A DNA stretch of 64,000 bases from Pseudomonadota bacterium (GTDB lineage: Bacteria; Pseudomonadota; Gammaproteobacteria; Enterobacterales; Alteromonadaceae), in NCBI GenBank assembly GCA_051746345.1, contig JBNJEZ010000009.1:4451-68450 (forward strand), read 5' to 3'. Under the pieces are notes generated by a model. The model was not told the DNA's origin. It ran no database searches and worked only from the letters and a program-made list of their open reading frames with translations. Shown here piece by piece: positions 10,603-19,153 of the stretch (its first letter is position 1; the number at the start of each line of letters is the position of its first letter). A program made the position numbers and the translations under genes.

Positions 10603-10905
10603 GTCTCTCTCATATTTGGCAGCGCACTGCACCTATGAGAATGGTTGTCACTGCTTCCGAGTTTTTATAATGGTCTTCCGTAACCGGTCTTTTATTATTG
10701 TTTTTATTATATAAAAGGAGCTCCATAGCCAAAAGCATTTTCACTCCCTGGATTATCGAACACTTTTTTGTTGTTCTTAATTATCGATAATCATTCTCGA
10801 CCTCTTGTTATTTTTTTGTGTCGAGCAGTGCCGTCTTTTTAATCAACGATCTTATTATTATTTGTCTGAAGCCCTTCTTAGAAATGAAGGTTTCGCTGCA
10901 GACGC
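10574..10905 (-). ncRNA. Candidate ~330-nt structured regulatory RNA with A-rich loops (CrcZ/CsrC-like sponge or dual-function RNA)
   Basis: Own promoter and terminator, at least five stem-loops, AAN-rich loops, four GGA motifs; csrC-syntenic position upstream of yihI. Confidence 0.68.
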
Positions 10906-10910
10906 TGTAA

Positions 10911-10938
10911 AGACTACTGCAATAAGATTTTTATTCAA
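10911..10938 (-). promoter_or_regulatory. Putative sigma-70 promoter of the candidate ncRNA
   Basis: Minus strand TTGAAT (10938-10933)-N16-TAGTCT (10916-10911). Confidence 0.55.
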
Positions 10939-11037
10939 TGATTTTATTGATCTAAAAAACTCGTTTCTTATTACTTTTTGTTGTAAAAGCGTATATTTTA
11001 ATGATTTATATGCTTTTTGTTATGTTTTTTAGGTCTT

Positions 11038-11062
11038 AAAAAGGGCGGTTATAACCGCCCTT
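11038..11062 (-). terminator. Terminator after cytochrome c4 gene
   Basis: AAGGGCGGTT-AT-AACCGCCCTT followed by T run on the minus strand. Confidence 0.8.
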
Positions 11063-11078
11063 CCATGAAATCGACTTT

Positions 11079-11705
11079 TTAGTATAAGCCGTGTAAGTAT
11101 TTTGACAGTAGCTCTATTTCTTCATCGGTCATTTTTTCAGCAACTCCGCGCATCATCCCATTTGGATCATTTGCACGCTCGCCACTGCGAAACATCTCCA
11201 GCTGCGATATGACATACGCCGGATATTGTCCGGAAATGTCAGGAAACGCAGCTAACCCCATTCCGTTGCCACGAGGGCCATGGCAGCCTGCACAAGAAGG
11301 CACGTTGCTCTCTGGGTTGCCGCGCCGATATAAGTCAGCGCCTTTACTGATGACATCTTCAGCTGTCTCGCCCTTCGGCTCGTCCTGAGCGGCATAAAAC
11401 GCTGCTAAGTCAGCCATATCCTGCTCGGACAGGCTTGCTACCTGACCCATCATAACAGCGTTGTTACGGCCTTCTTCACCACCAGTTTCTGACGCGGTTT
11501 TAAAATCCATTAACTGCTTATACAGATACTTTTCGTGCTGACCAGCAAGGTGCGGGTACATATCCGTAGGCGCCTCGCCCTGAGGTCCATGACATGCGGC
11601 ACAAACTTGTGATTTATCTTTGCCTGCTTCAGGATCGCCTTGCTGGGCTAAAGCCACACCGGTTGATCCTAGAAATAATCCCAAAATAATCGCGAATTTT
11701 TTCAT
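11079..11705 (-). CDS. Diheme cytochrome c4
   Basis: Signal peptide from MKKF, two CxxCH motifs (CAACH, CAGCH); divergent from engB. Confidence 0.92.
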   Translation of the reverse strand: MKKFAIILGLFLGSTGVALAQQGDPEAGKDKSQVCAACHGPQGEAPTDMYPHLAGQHEKYLYKQLMDFKTASETGGEEGRNNAVMMGQVASLSEQDMADLAAFYAAQDEPKGETAEDVISKGADLYRRGNPESNVPSCAGCHGPRGNGMGLAAFPDISGQYPAYVISQLEMFRSGERANDPNGMMRGVAEKMTDEEIELLSKYLHGLY

Positions 11706-11904
11706 GTTTGCTTCTCTTGTATCTCTAGTGGCGAGCGTCGCCGACATACATCGCTATAAACAGTCTGCTATTTTACACAAAACTCATGTGGATTAAATGA
11801 TTAAAACACATTCAATACCGATTTGATCATTGGCTGATGGGTTGTGATCCGTCATAATGGGTACTCGAACACGCCATTCCCAACTATAGAGTGAATCTTG
11901 CACC

Positions 11905-12528
11905 GTGCCGGATAATAAACCAATTAACTACCAAACCGCTAAATTTATTACCAGCGCCCCAGATATCAGCAAGTTACCTGATGACACCGGAATTGAAATA
12001 GCATTTGCCGGACGCTCAAATGCGGGCAAATCTAGTGCGCTAAACACACTCACACGTCAAAATTCGTTAGCCCGAACCAGTAAAACTCCTGGCCGTACTC
12101 AATTAATCAATGTCTTCGAATTAGATAGTGGACAACGACTCATTGATCTACCGGGCTATGGTTTTGCTAAGGTTCCGCTGGCCGTTAAAGAAAAATGGCA
12201 GCAATCGCTATCTGAGTACCTGCAAAAAAGGGATTCCTTAAAGGGGCTCGTGGTACTTATGGATATAAGACATCCTTTTAAAGAAACGGATCAGGAGCTC
12301 ATTTATTGGGCTGTTAGCTGTGACATCCCAGTTTTAGCGTTACTGACTAAAGCAGACAAACTGAAGCAAGGGGCTCGAATGAATATGGTACTTAAAGCCC
12401 GTCAGGCTGCGATTGCTTTTAATGGCGATGTTACTGTAGAAGCTTTTTCGTCACTAAAACGGTTTGGTGTTGATGCCGTCGAAAACGTACTAAACCAGTG
12501 GTTTAACGATGACACAAACGCACAATAG
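11905..12528 (+). CDS. engB: Ribosome biogenesis GTPase YihA/EngB
   Basis: [26 protein letters not shown]. Confidence 0.97.
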   Translation: MPDNKPINYQTAKFITSAPDISKLPDDTGIEIAFAGRSNAGKSSALNTLTRQNSLARTSKTPGRTQLINVFELDSGQRLIDLPGYGFAKVPLAVKEKWQQSLSEYLQKRDSLKGLVVLMDIRHPFKETDQELIYWAVSCDIPVLALLTKADKLKQGARMNMVLKARQAAIAFNGDVTVEAFSSLKRFGVDAVENVLNQWFNDDTNAQ

Positions 12529-13441
12529 CCCGCCTTTAAATGCCTGGTTGTTGCTCGGACTGTTAGCACTCATATGGGGCAGCTCCTTTCTATTAATAAA
12601 GAAAGGTTTAATCGCATTTGGTGCGATGGAGGTCGGTGCGTTACGGATATCATCCGCGGGACTGGTACTCGCTCCTTTAGTCGCTAAACGACTGCATCGA
12701 ATTACGGCCAAGCACTGGGCAAAACTGGCCAGTGTCGGCTTGGTCGGTAGTCTGATACCCGCATTTATGTTTGCTATCGCACAAACTCAGCTGGACAGCG
12801 GCATTACCGGAGTATTGAACGCCCTAACCCCAATTTCGACACTTGTTATTGGTGTTTTATTGTTCCACCAACAAGCAAAAGTCACCCAGATAGTGGGTGT
12901 ACTGATTGGCTTGTTCGGTACCATCTTACTAATGACAGCAGGGGCCGATGGCACTTGGACATTTAACGCCTATGCTTTATTGGTACTGGTGGCGACAGTT
13001 TGTTACGGCCTGAATTTAAACCTTATTAAACACAAAATTTCCGACCTTAGTCCGCTAACGATAACTGGAGTCTCACTCTTGATGGCCAGTATCCCGGCCA
13101 CCTTTTATTTGTTTATCGGGACTGATTTTATTCAGCAGGTTCAGCAACCTGACGCGCTACTCTCGCTAATATCAGTACTTGCGCTTGGCATTATTGGTAC
13201 AGCTGGGGCGCTGGTGATCTTCAATCATGTGGTGCAATTAACTAACACCGTATTTACCAGCTCAGTCACTTATTTAATTCCGGTGGTTGCAATGCTATTG
13301 GGAATTTTTGACGGCGAACCTTTTTGGCTTCAGCACGGCGTCGGTATGCTGGCCATTCTGGTCGGCGTTTGGTTTGCGAACCGAAAAGGAAGAAGCGGAC
13401 TTGCGGGTATCCCCAGAAAAGAAAAAAGCCCGACTCAATGA
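12509..13441 (+). CDS. DMT/EamA family transporter
   Basis: About 10 hydrophobic helices, IWGSSF, two EamA repeats. Confidence 0.88.
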   Translation: MTQTHNSPPLNAWLLLGLLALIWGSSFLLIKKGLIAFGAMEVGALRISSAGLVLAPLVAKRLHRITAKHWAKLASVGLVGSLIPAFMFAIAQTQLDSGITGVLNALTPISTLVIGVLLFHQQAKVTQIVGVLIGLFGTILLMTAGADGTWTFNAYALLVLVATVCYGLNLNLIKHKISDLSPLTITGVSLLMASIPATFYLFIGTDFIQQVQQPDALLSLISVLALGIIGTAGALVIFNHVVQLTNTVFTSSVTYLIPVVAMLLGIFDGEPFWLQHGVGMLAILVGVWFANRKGRSGLAGIPRKEKSPTQ

Positions 13442-13448
13442 GCCGGGC
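13422..13448 (-). terminator. Terminator for the sRNA (and probably polA)
   Basis: 9-bp stem with one G-U pair that only pairs on the minus strand, then U6. Confidence 0.85.
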
Positions 13449-13512
13449 GAAAATATAATCCAGGGAGAACAAATTCTGAAGGCTTAAGCACTAAGCTTAA
13501 TTATTGCCCTCA
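13422..13512 (-). ncRNA. Candidate sigma-E-dependent sRNA (~90 nt) at the Spot 42/ErsA locus
   Basis: Sigma-E promoter immediately upstream, internal hairpin UUAAGC/GCUUAA, CU-rich single-stranded segment, terminator GCCCGGCUC-AUU-GAGUCGGGC-U6. Confidence 0.72.
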
Positions 13513-13517
13513 CTTAC

Positions 13518-13544
13518 TCCGACCGGGGTGCTTAAAAAAAGTTC
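13518..13544 (-). promoter_or_regulatory. Sigma-E (RpoE/AlgU) promoter
   Basis: Minus strand GAACTT (13544-13539)-N16-TCGGA (13522-13518), preceded by an A9 tract. Confidence 0.8.
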
Positions 13545-13559
13545 AGGTTTTTTTTTACA

Positions 13560-16328
13560 CTAGTGAGCCTGATCCCAGTTGTCGCCCTTTCCAGCCTCTG
13601 CAACCAAGGGCACATCAAGGCTTGCAGCCTTCTCCATAACCTTAGCCAATGCCGGCATATAATCATCTAACTTGGACTCTTTAATCTCGAACACTAATTC
13701 ATCATGTACCTGCATCAACATGCGCACGTCCTGCTGGCATTGTTGCTCTTCGATCCAGCCATCAACCAAAATCATCGCGCGTTTGATAATATCCGCAGCC
13801 GTTCCTTGCATCGGCGCATTGATAGCGGCCCGTTCAGCCCCTTTGCGACGAGCGCCATTAGACGCTTTAATTTCCGGTAAAGGCAGTCGACGGCCAAACA
13901 GCGTTTTTACATATCCCTGTTTTTTGGCCCGTTCGCGGGTATCTTCCATATAATTAAGCACACCAGGGAAGCGCTCAAAATATTTATCCATATAATGCTG
14001 AGCTTCGTGACGGGGTATATCCAGTTGCCGCGCAAGACCGAATGCCGACATGCCATAAATCAATCCAAAGTTAACCGCCTTAGCGCGCCGCCGCTGCTCA
14101 TCGCTAACGTCACCAAGGGCGCATCCAAACACTTCTGCTGCGGTCGCCCGGTGAATATCCTTGCCCTCGGCAAAGGCTGTTAATAATGCTTTATCTTGCG
14201 ATAAATGGGCCATTATGCGTAATTCAATCTGGCTATAGTCAATAGCGACTATCTTATAACCAGCTTCCGGCACAAAAGCTTGCCTTACGCGGCGTCCCTC
14301 TGCCGTGCGAATCGGAATGTTTTGCAGGTTAGGCTCGGTTGATGACAGTCTCCCTGTTGCTGCTACGGCTTGCTGATAGGAGGTGTGCACTCGCCCGGTA
14401 CTCGGGTTAATCATTCTTGGCAGCTTATCGGTGTAGGTCGATTTTAGCTTAGATAAGCTACGATGCTTCAGGATAACGTCCGGCAGCGGGTAGTCGTGCG
14501 CCAGCTCATGCAATACGTCTTCGGCGGTAGACGGTGCCCCTTTAGGTGTTTTCTTTATTACTGGCAACTCAAGCTTTTCAAATAAGATTTGCTGTAGCTG
14601 TTTGGGCGACCCCAGATTAAACTCTTCGCCGGCGATATCGAATGCTTCGCGCTCATACTGAATCAGTAGATCGGCTATCTCATGGCTTTGTTTAGCGAGC
14701 ATCTCCGCATCGATTCTTACGCCATACTGTTCCATATCGGTTAATACCGGAATTAAAGGCACTTCAATGTCGGTTAAAACTGTTAATAGCTCATCACTGG
14801 TTGCTTTAACTTTTTCCCATAGAATTTCATGCAATCGCAGCGTAACGTCGGCATCTTCAGCGGCATAAGGGCCTGCCTCTTCTAATGCAACCTGATTAAA
14901 CGTTAACTGCTTAGCGCCTTTACCTGCAATATCCTGGAACTTAATCGGCTTGTGGTTCAAATACTGCAGACTTAAGGTATCCATATCATGCCTGGAGCCG
15001 ACGCTATTGAAGACATAAGAAGCCAACATTGTATCGTTTTTGATTCCGGCAAGACGAATACCGTAGCGCCGTAAAATATGAGCGTCATACTTTAGGTTTT
15101 GCCCTACTTTACCCGGCTTTTCACTCTCGAGTAATGGCGCTAATTGCTCAAGTAACCAATCCCTGGATACCTGTTCTGGCGCGTCCATGTAGTCGTGCGC
15201 GACCGGAATATAAACGCCTTCGCCAAGCTCCGTCGATAACGATACTCCGACTAACTCAGCGTCCATATAATTCAGGCTTGTTGTTTCCGTATCAAATGCG
15301 AAGTAATCAGAGTTCTTAACTTTTTGTAAGTACTCACTGACCTCACTTTCCTTAAATAGGGTTCGGTAAGCATCTCTCTCAACCGCGGTGTCGGGTTCGT
15401 TGGTTGGCTCTTCCAGCCCCAGCGCCTGATCAGTTGCAGCCCCTTTTTCAAGCAACTCTTCTAACCAGCGGCGGAATTCACAGCGGCCATACAGTTCAGC
15501 CAACTGATCATTATCAGCCGGAGTAATAGACAGCTGTTGCGGGTTAAAATCAAGCTCAACATCACACTTAATAGTCGCCAGCTCTTGCGACATAAACAGT
15601 TGCTCACGGTACTCCTCGAGCTTTTTCGGCATAGTCTTCGCACCTCTAAAGTTCAGCGAAGCTACTGCATCGACGTCGTCATAAATGGCTTCAATCGAAG
15701 GAATGCCTTGTAGTAGTGCTTGAGCCGTTTTGTTACCAACTTTTGGCAAACCAGGAATGTTGTCCGAGCTATCTCCCATTAGTGCCAGATAATCAATAAT
15801 TTGATCAGGGCTAACTCCAAACTTCTCTTTGACGCCTTCTTCGTCCAGCAAAGTATCGGTCATCGTGTTGATCAGCATAACGTGTTCATTGACCAGCTGC
15901 GCCATATCCTTGTCGCCGGTACTAATCAACGTAAAGCGCCCTTCCTGACCCGCTTGTGTTGCTAAGGTACCAATAACATCGTCTGCCTCTACTCCGTCAA
16001 TGCATAACAGCGGTAACCCCATTGCTTTGACAATTTCATGTAAAGGCTCAATTTGAGTTCTTAAGTCATCCGGCATTGGCGGACGGTTTGCTTTATAATC
16101 CGCGTAAATATCACTCCGAAAAGTTTTACCTTTCGCATCAAAAACCACCGCCATATTTTCGGGTTTATAGCGTTTTAGCAGGCTACGGAGCATGTTTACA
16201 ACGCCGTAAATAGCGCCCGTTGGCTCTCCCTTAGAGTTTGTTAGATGAGGAGGAGCATGGAATGCGCGAAACAAATACGAGGAGCCATCCACTAAAATGA
16301 ACGGGTTCTCCGATACACTTTTGGTCAT
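13560..16328 (-). CDS. polA: DNA polymerase I
   Basis: 5'-3' exonuclease (LVDGSS, EADD), 3'-5' exonuclease (FDTET), polymerase motifs DYSQIELR, KAVNFGLIYG, QVHDEL. Confidence 0.99.
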   Translation of the reverse strand: MTKSVSENPFILVDGSSYLFRAFHAPPHLTNSKGEPTGAIYGVVNMLRSLLKRYKPENMAVVFDAKGKTFRSDIYADYKANRPPMPDDLRTQIEPLHEIVKAMGLPLLCIDGVEADDVIGTLATQAGQEGRFTLISTGDKDMAQLVNEHVMLINTMTDTLLDEEGVKEKFGVSPDQIIDYLALMGDSSDNIPGLPKVGNKTAQALLQGIPSIEAIYDDVDAVASLNFRGAKTMPKKLEEYREQLFMSQELATIKCDVELDFNPQQLSITPADNDQLAELYGRCEFRRWLEELLEKGAATDQALGLEEPTNEPDTAVERDAYRTLFKESEVSEYLQKVKNSDYFAFDTETTSLNYMDAELVGVSLSTELGEGVYIPVAHDYMDAPEQVSRDWLLEQLAPLLESEKPGKVGQNLKYDAHILRRYGIRLAGIKNDTMLASYVFNSVGSRHDMDTLSLQYLNHKPIKFQDIAGKGAKQLTFNQVALEEAGPYAAEDADVTLRLHEILWEKVKATSDELLTVLTDIEVPLIPVLTDMEQYGVRIDAEMLAKQSHEIADLLIQYEREAFDIAGEEFNLGSPKQLQQILFEKLELPVIKKTPKGAPSTAEDVLHELAHDYPLPDVILKHRSLSKLKSTYTDKLPRMINPSTGRVHTSYQQAVAATGRLSSTEPNLQNIPIRTAEGRRVRQAFVPEAGYKIVAIDYSQIELRIMAHLSQDKALLTAFAEGKDIHRATAAEVFGCALGDVSDEQRRRAKAVNFGLIYGMSAFGLARQLDIPRHEAQHYMDKYFERFPGVLNYMEDTRERAKKQGYVKTLFGRRLPLPEIKASNGARRKGAERAAINAPMQGTAADIIKRAMILVDGWIEEQQCQQDVRMLMQVHDELVFEIKESKLDDYMPALAKVMEKAASLDVPLVAEAGKGDNWDQAH

Positions 16329-16404
16329 GAGTTAAACCTTAACTGGGGTACTTAGATATAGCACAGAGAATGCCACAGGTCGGGCTTTAACGCTAGCAAC
16401 ACGC

Positions 16405-16571
16405 TGTTGACAAGCTGTGGATAAGTCTGTTGACAATAGTTAACGCCACAGCGAAAGAATGATTCTTTGCCGTGTCAGTTACATCTCTAAGTTATTGATA
16501 GTGAGGGCTTTTATTACAGCGGGCATCCCATACTGCCCATCTTATTATAATACTGGTTTCGCTGTGGAAAC
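16405..16571. promoter_or_regulatory. DnaA-box cluster with IHF consensus site upstream of polA
   Basis: TGTTGACAA 16405, TGTGGATAA 16416, TGTTGACAA 16428, IHF match TATCAATAACTTA (minus, 16488-16500), degenerate TGTGGAAAC 16563. Confidence 0.65.
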
Positions 16572-16734
16572 TTATTTTCAGGCTTCGCGTCGCAACTATG
16601 CGTTACTTGCTAACCGGCCAAACAGATTACCACAAACTCGACATTGGTCTACTGCTATATGCTATTTTCTTAGACCATTTTGTAATCCTTTTACCGGCTC
16701 TTTATAAGCAAGCCCAACTTTCGCTAGGAAATCA

Positions 16735-18372
16735 ATGAATTGGAAAGCAGCAGACATCGATGATCCCGTTTACTATTGGAAAAACTTTCAATTAGTACAG
16801 CAGTGGGTCACAAAGTATCATGACAACTTAATCAGTCCGTCATTAGCTGTCGCATTAGAAGGTTACGACCACTTATCCAGCAACGCTCAAAAGCTTTGGC
16901 TCAGATTATACTCCCGTAAAGGCTACTATTTACGGAGCGACCGGCTGAATTACCCCGAGATTGAGGTTGCTTCAGCAATTGATGAACTGGCGGCTCAGAA
17001 CTGGCTGACGTTTGCCAATTCCAGCAGCCAGTCTGAATGGCTACCACAACTGCTCAAACCCGAACTGATAGCGCTAGCCAAAAAGCATCAACTGCAGGTG
17101 CCAAGTGCTGCCGATAAACGCGCTCTACTCGATCTTATAATGACACAGGAAATCGAGCCGCCAATCACTATTTTACAGCTCGAAAAGAAAGAATTGTTTA
17201 GTCAACTAGCGCTGCTATTTTTTGGTAATTCGAGACAGCAACTGTCCGAGTTTGTAGTAACCGCTTTGGGACACCGTTCCTACGAAAATTATAAAATTCG
17301 TCCTCGCGGAGTTTTCCGCAATTTCGATGACTTTCAGTTGGTCTTAAAACTTCTGCAGTGGCAAAAAGAATACAAAGAGCTGGAATCTCCCCAATTGCGC
17401 GTAGAATATGCCCGCCAGTTACCGTTAGAAAAACTTGCCATGAGCGTACCTGCGCACCACACGGGTAAATTCAGTCGATTTCTCAACAAAATTGGTCGCG
17501 ATGCCGAGCGTGCCGCAGACACCGATTTTGCAATGGATGTTTACGCGCTATCTCAGCGTTCCCCGTCACGAGAGCGACGAGTAAGGCTTTTAAAGAAAGT
17601 GAGTGAACCTGAGCAAGCCCGACAATTGCTTGAGCAAATGCAAGCCCAGCCATGGGATGAGCCTGAACTGGCTATTGCCACCCAACTGTATGCACGTTGG
17701 TTTTGCCCTGATGATAAGAGCCAGTTGGCAATGCTTCCCAAGAGCCAAAAGTCGCTAGCATTTACGCCTCGAAAAATTGAGCAGGCAGTCCTTAATGATT
17801 ACTGTAAAAAAGACTGGGAAGGCGATCACTGCGAAAATTTGATTCCACAGATACTATTCGGCTTGTGCTTTTGGGACATTATCTTTGCAGATATTGATGG
17901 TGCCTTTGTTCATCCCTTTCAACGCGGCCCTCGCGATCTAACCTCACAAGAGTTTTATCAAAACCGAAAAAGCTTAATTGATAAACGAATTCATCGCGTT
18001 AAAACACACCCGGAGCAAGTACTTGAAGAGATGAAACAAGCCGCCGTTGATAAGCAGGGCCTTAACAATCCCTTTATTCCCTGGAAGTTAAAATTAACCG
18101 ATCTCGCCATTAACTGGTTTAGTTATCTGCCAAGTGAAACTTGGGCGCAAGTGTTCGAGCGAATCGCTTTTGATGTAAAGAACAATCGCAGTGGGTTTCC
18201 CGACTTATGGCTGCAAAAAAATAATGGTGAACAGGTTTTGTTAGTTGAAGTTAAAGGACCCGGAGACACTCTACGAGCCAACCAGTCCCGTTGGCTGAGC
18301 TATCTGCAAGCACTGGGCGTACCAATAAAACTAGTTACTGTGCAACAAGCATCCGGCGAACCTTTTGAATAA
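16735..18372 (+). CDS. VRR-NUC domain nuclease, bacterial FAN1-like
   Basis: YYWKNF N-terminus, LFFGN, HPFQRGPRDL, GFPDL...VEVKGPGDTLRANQSRWL PD-(D/E)xK core. Confidence 0.88.
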   Translation: MNWKAADIDDPVYYWKNFQLVQQWVTKYHDNLISPSLAVALEGYDHLSSNAQKLWLRLYSRKGYYLRSDRLNYPEIEVASAIDELAAQNWLTFANSSSQSEWLPQLLKPELIALAKKHQLQVPSAADKRALLDLIMTQEIEPPITILQLEKKELFSQLALLFFGNSRQQLSEFVVTALGHRSYENYKIRPRGVFRNFDDFQLVLKLLQWQKEYKELESPQLRVEYARQLPLEKLAMSVPAHHTGKFSRFLNKIGRDAERAADTDFAMDVYALSQRSPSRERRVRLLKKVSEPEQARQLLEQMQAQPWDEPELAIATQLYARWFCPDDKSQLAMLPKSQKSLAFTPRKIEQAVLNDYCKKDWEGDHCENLIPQILFGLCFWDIIFADIDGAFVHPFQRGPRDLTSQEFYQNRKSLIDKRIHRVKTHPEQVLEEMKQAAVDKQGLNNPFIPWKLKLTDLAINWFSYLPSETWAQVFERIAFDVKNNRSGFPDLWLQKNNGEQVLLVEVKGPGDTLRANQSRWLSYLQALGVPIKLVTVQQASGEPFE

Positions 18373-19153
18373 CAGGGTTTATTTGAGGTAACTCGCAATT
18401 CCACCAAAGCCTATAGCTCTCAGCGGCCTGCCCTACTAACATGCCTAGCCCGTCATAACATGAGGGTGCAGCAATACTCTGCACGTGGCGAATAAAAGGT
18501 GTCGCTGTTGCCGCGTACATCATGTCGTATATCACAGCTGACGACGCCAGCAAACTATCCGGAACCGCCGGTAACTCGCCATGCAACGACGCGCTGGTCG
18601 CGTTAATAACCAGCTCCACACCAGTAAGCTCCTGCCAATTACTGACTACCTTTACCCGACTGCGCCCAGCGGCTAATGCGTCAGCTTTTTCCTGGCTGCG
18701 ATTATGAAGCCAGAGTACTTCCGGCTTCTCATCCAACAGATTTCTTAGCACGCCACGGGCGGCACCACCGGCGCCAACTAGTAGTACCCGCTTGCCTAAC
18801 AGGTCGATGTTTAATCGTTTTAAATCATGCAACAGGCCCAGCCCGTCCGTATTAGCACCCAGTAAACCGTGTGCTTCAGTCGGAATCAACGTATTAACAG
18901 CGCCAGCATCCCTGGCCTCAGCGGTTACCATGGTCGACAATCTAAAAGCTCGCTGTTTAAACGGTAAAGTAACGTTAGCTCCGCTTAAGTTCTGTCTAAA
19001 CCGGCGAGCAACTGTCGACTCAAAATTATACTCAGTCGCTAGTTGTCGCTGATAACTTATTGCATGATCAAACTGGTTCGCAAATAACTCGTGAATAAAT
19101 GGGGAATAGCTATGAGCTATCGGATTTCCGAATACGCAAAAGTGCTTAGTCAT
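18335..19153 (-). CDS. aroE: Shikimate dehydrogenase
   Basis: [41 protein letters not shown]. Confidence 0.96.
   Translation of the reverse strand: MTKHFCVFGNPIAHSYSPFIHELFANQFDHAISYQRQLATEYNFESTVARRFRQNLSGANVTLPFKQRAFRLSTMVTAEARDAGAVNTLIPTEAHGLLGANTDGLGLLHDLKRLNIDLLGKRVLLVGAGGAARGVLRNLLDEKPEVLWLHNRSQEKADALAAGRSRVKVVSNWQELTGVELVINATSASLHGELPAVPDSLLASSAVIYDMMYAATATPFIRHVQSIAAPSCYDGLGMLVGQAAESYRLWWNCELPQINPVIQKVRRMLVAQ

Noticed and set aside
10647-10658. GGAAGCAGUGAC in the long RNA as a RybB/VrrA- or RyhB-seed binding site
   Set aside because: Equally explained by internal pairing with CACUGCU, and the partner sRNAs are not in the window.
10574-10905. Calling the RNA CsrB/CsrC or CrcZ outright
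   Set aside because: Only four GGA motifs, and no sigma-54 promoter or UvrY box; family assignment needs a covariance-model search.
10805-11032. 75-aa plus-strand ORF in the yihI-cytochrome c4 gap
   Set aside because: TTG start, no RBS, Phe-rich product derived from T tracts; better explained as antisense to the ncRNA and its promoter.
13422-13512. Canonical Spot 42 (spf)
   Set aside because: Position matches, but the GTAGGGTACAGAGG-type 5' sequence is absent and the promoter is sigma-E type.
16459-16707. 82-aa ORF, and a possible LexA box, upstream of the VRR-NUC gene
   Set aside because: ORF has no recognisable features and overlaps regulatory sites; no convincing CTG-N10-CAG SOS box found.
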